A stretch of DNA of 54,990 bases, the filler included, from Catajapyx aquilonaris (Eukaryota), in assembly GCA_000934665.2 (NCBI GenBank). It is 4 parts of 4 records of this genome, joined end to end, with 100 filler letters (N's around TTAATTAATTAA, not from the genome) between each part and the next. Parts side by side here need not be neighbours in the genome. Positions count along the whole stretch, not along the records: positions 41,343 to 54,990 come from JYFJ02008023.1; 3 more parts are not named here. One strand, written 5' to 3'. Below the pieces are notes generated by a model. The model made no database searches, was not told the origin of the DNA, and saw only the letters and a program-made list of their open reading frames with translations. Each line of letters starts with the position of its first letter. Positions within the stretch are counted from its first letter, which is position 1. Shown here piece after piece: positions 52,831 to 54,990 of the stretch. A program made the translations under genes and the position numbers.

Positions 52831-54292
52831 TAAGCCAGACTCATGAGACACAGCTGCATGCTCGCAGCTGCAACCTACTCTCTGCCATATTTGAAGATGG
52901 AGGGTTAGGGCGGTTTTGCTGCAGAAAAGGCATTCATAACCTCGCAGCAAGAAAAACATAGTTTGATTTCTCACCGACAAATGGCAGAAACTGGAGAATC
53001 TCACTGTACTTTATTAGCTATATTTGAGTGTAGTATATGGAAGTGCGCAAAACTCAATTTGTGTCATTTGATGGGTTAGGGCAGTATTGCACCGACCCCT
53101 TCAACTGCACCTACTTAATCATAGGCGGGAATTTAAAAAATTTGAAATTGAAATTAAAGATTGCACCTGGACCTGACTAGTCGCCATTTGCCATAATTCA
53201 TCGATTTGGGATCGAAGAAGTTTATTTTATTGTACTACATTATTTTTCAACAAGTGTGTTTGTCGCTCGTTGGTGTCACTATTAACTTAAAAATCGCAAA
53301 GAAATGGGAAGCAGCAAAGGTTTTAACCATAATTTAAATAAATCGTGATTAAAATATAATCCGACCTCTATCGCCCTAAATATCATAATTAAACAATAAT
53401 TCATTAAAAATGTTTACTTCCATAATAACAAGTAGGCCTATAGATTCAGATAAGGGGCGGGAGGGTTCAACAACTAATAACGCTACTGAAACTGCTGCAA
53501 GCTGTCTTTCGAAAAAAAAAGTATGTTGGTGTCCTCTTCACTTGTTTACGTTTCATAAAAGCATACTGTACATAAATGGTGCAATATGAAATTTAAGAAC
53601 CAGAGAAAAAAAGAATACGCAGTGTTTGTCAAAAACATTTGATTCGTTTGGTCAGTATCAAAAAAGTCCCTTTCGAATGGTAATCCGTTGATGCCAGATA
53701 TGGGAATAATGAGGTGATTCTGGTCAAGTACCCTGCACTACCCACAGTACTATGTCGCGTATTTACGCTTGGCGGACTTGCACGATGCAGTTACAGGAAA
53801 AATGGGTGCAGTCAGCGTGCCAATCAGCTTGTGATAACACCTTCAGGAGACACAGTGAACATGTCCGTAGTGTATCCCATTTATCCTATAGATAATAACA
53901 ACAATTTTTTTAAAAAAACAATAAAGGTAGGATAAGCACAAGAAAGTTTTAACAAGAGATATAATATTTCATTGCAAAATCAAAACCAACACATATACAG
54001 AGCATTTGTTGTTGCCGTACGATGACAGAAAATACTTTATTATCCTGCTAGCTAATAGTTCGTATCGACAACTGATAATGTGTGTTGTATACTGTACACT
54101 TGTGTAAACGACATGTTCATTTCTCATTTTATGCTATACGGATAGCAGGCAGAAATAGATGTAGTTCTGGCGCGTATATAGAGATGAAATCAAGCATGAA
54201 ATCGCCTGAACATGGTGAGTGTAAATTACTGATGCACTGCACTGGGATTATGAGCATAACATTATTGTGGCAGGGCGATGTCATAACCTAAG

Positions 54293-54988
54293 TCAATGGC
54301 GCACAGAATGTGACGTGCAGATTTCGGCAAAGAATGCGAGCAAGCCCAACCCGAAAGAGAATATTAATAGGAAATAGAAGGCACTGCTCATCTGGGTGAA
54401 ATTGAGGGCCATCAGCCTCTTGAGGAAGAGGTCCTTCTTTCGGGCATCGCCTATTCCCATGGCCAGACAGGCATACTCGAAGGACATACGGAATTTCTCG
54501 TGCAAGCCTGACTCTCTGACGTACTTCCCCATCCTGGATGTGATCGGAGATATTAGGCTGTGCTTCTCGGTCAGGAGAGAACCGGAAACAGCCAAGTCGT
54601 TCTCTTTAGCAAATTTTGTCTGCAGGTTGCCGGCCTTGTCCGCAAACTGGTAGCTTCCTGCTATCAGGAAATCGCGCGAACCGATGCAACAGTGGTCGGA
54701 GTTGATGGCCTCGAGCACACACGTGTTGAGGTCCACGTGATCGGTCAGGTTACTCGCCACTGAAGAGAAGTACTCCAGGCCCAGAAGAGCACTGCCGATG
54801 AAAGGCTTAAGAAATGCAATCGTCCCCCAACTCCACTTGGGCCATTCCCGGTGCTCCCTGTACGTCTCCGGGAGGTCCTCCATCAAGGGAGAAGCCAGGA
54901 AGCCGAAGTAGAGGGCCTCGTACCCACAGATGATGACCAGGGAGAAGGCCCACCAGAAGGAGATGAATATTCGGGGTGGTTGGGTGGA
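54293..54988 (-). CDS. Divergent ionotropic receptor (IR, variant iGluR), C-terminal part; 5' end outside window
   Basis: The frame is open from the window edge: RIFISFWWAFSLVIICGYEALYFGFLASP (TM helix equivalent to the iGluR SYTANLAAFL gate helix), S2-like region with SPI...RESGL, last TM ALNFTQMSSAFYFLLIFSFGLGLLAFFAEI. No intron in the visible part. Confidence 0.8.
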   Translation of the reverse strand, partial: STQPPRIFISFWWAFSLVIICGYEALYFGFLASPLMEDLPETYREHREWPKWSWGTIAFLKPFIGSALLGLEYFSSVASNLTDHVDLNTCVLEAINSDHCCIGSRDFLIAGSYQFADKAGNLQTKFAKENDLAVSGSLLTEKHSLISPITSRMGKYVRESGLHEKFRMSFEYACLAMGIGDARKKDLFLKRLMALNFTQMSSAFYFLLIFSFGLGLLAFFAEICTSHSVRH

Positions 54989-54990
54989 GG

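Noticed and set aside
51081..53092. 20-bp direct repeat GGGTTAGGGCAGTATTGCAC about 2 kb apart
   Set aside because: Could be internal repeats of an older element. I could not define termini or a TSD, so no call is made.

Overview
Eukaryotic, intron-containing invertebrate DNA, probably arthropod (inferred from arthropod-type UGTs, a divergent ionotropic receptor, and the Hsc70/RpL38 sequences). The window is not one locus. It is four contigs of about 13.7 kb joined by artificial 100-bp N-TTAATTAATTAA-N linkers (13681-13780, 27456-27555, 41243-41342). Contig 1 holds a cluster of four UDP-glycosyltransferase genes sharing intron positions (three complete 3-exon genes, one truncated), none with the canonical His/Asp catalytic pair. 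Contig 2 holds two tandem, intact cyclin Y genes. The downstream copy is diverged and has an extra intron, and the upstream copy carries an intronic fold-back mariner derivative encoding only the DNA-binding domain. Contig 3 holds the 5' part of Hsc70 and most of RpL38, head-to-head, with HSE/CCAAT/CRE and TCT-type promoter motifs and introns packed with palindromic MITEs and SINEs. Contig 4 holds the 3' part of a divergent ionotropic receptor, the 5' end of a signal-peptide gene, and deeply nested transposon remnants (an LTR with a tRNA-Lys PBS containing a CACTA-like element; a Sola2-like element containing a Tc1-like element; a SINE inside a fold-back element). I found no clearly new multi-gene system. 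The best leads are the non-canonical UGT active sites, the cyclin Y paralog with an apparently new intron, and repeated end-duplication (fold-back) remodelling of unrelated transposons. All calls are by eye; no database searches were run.
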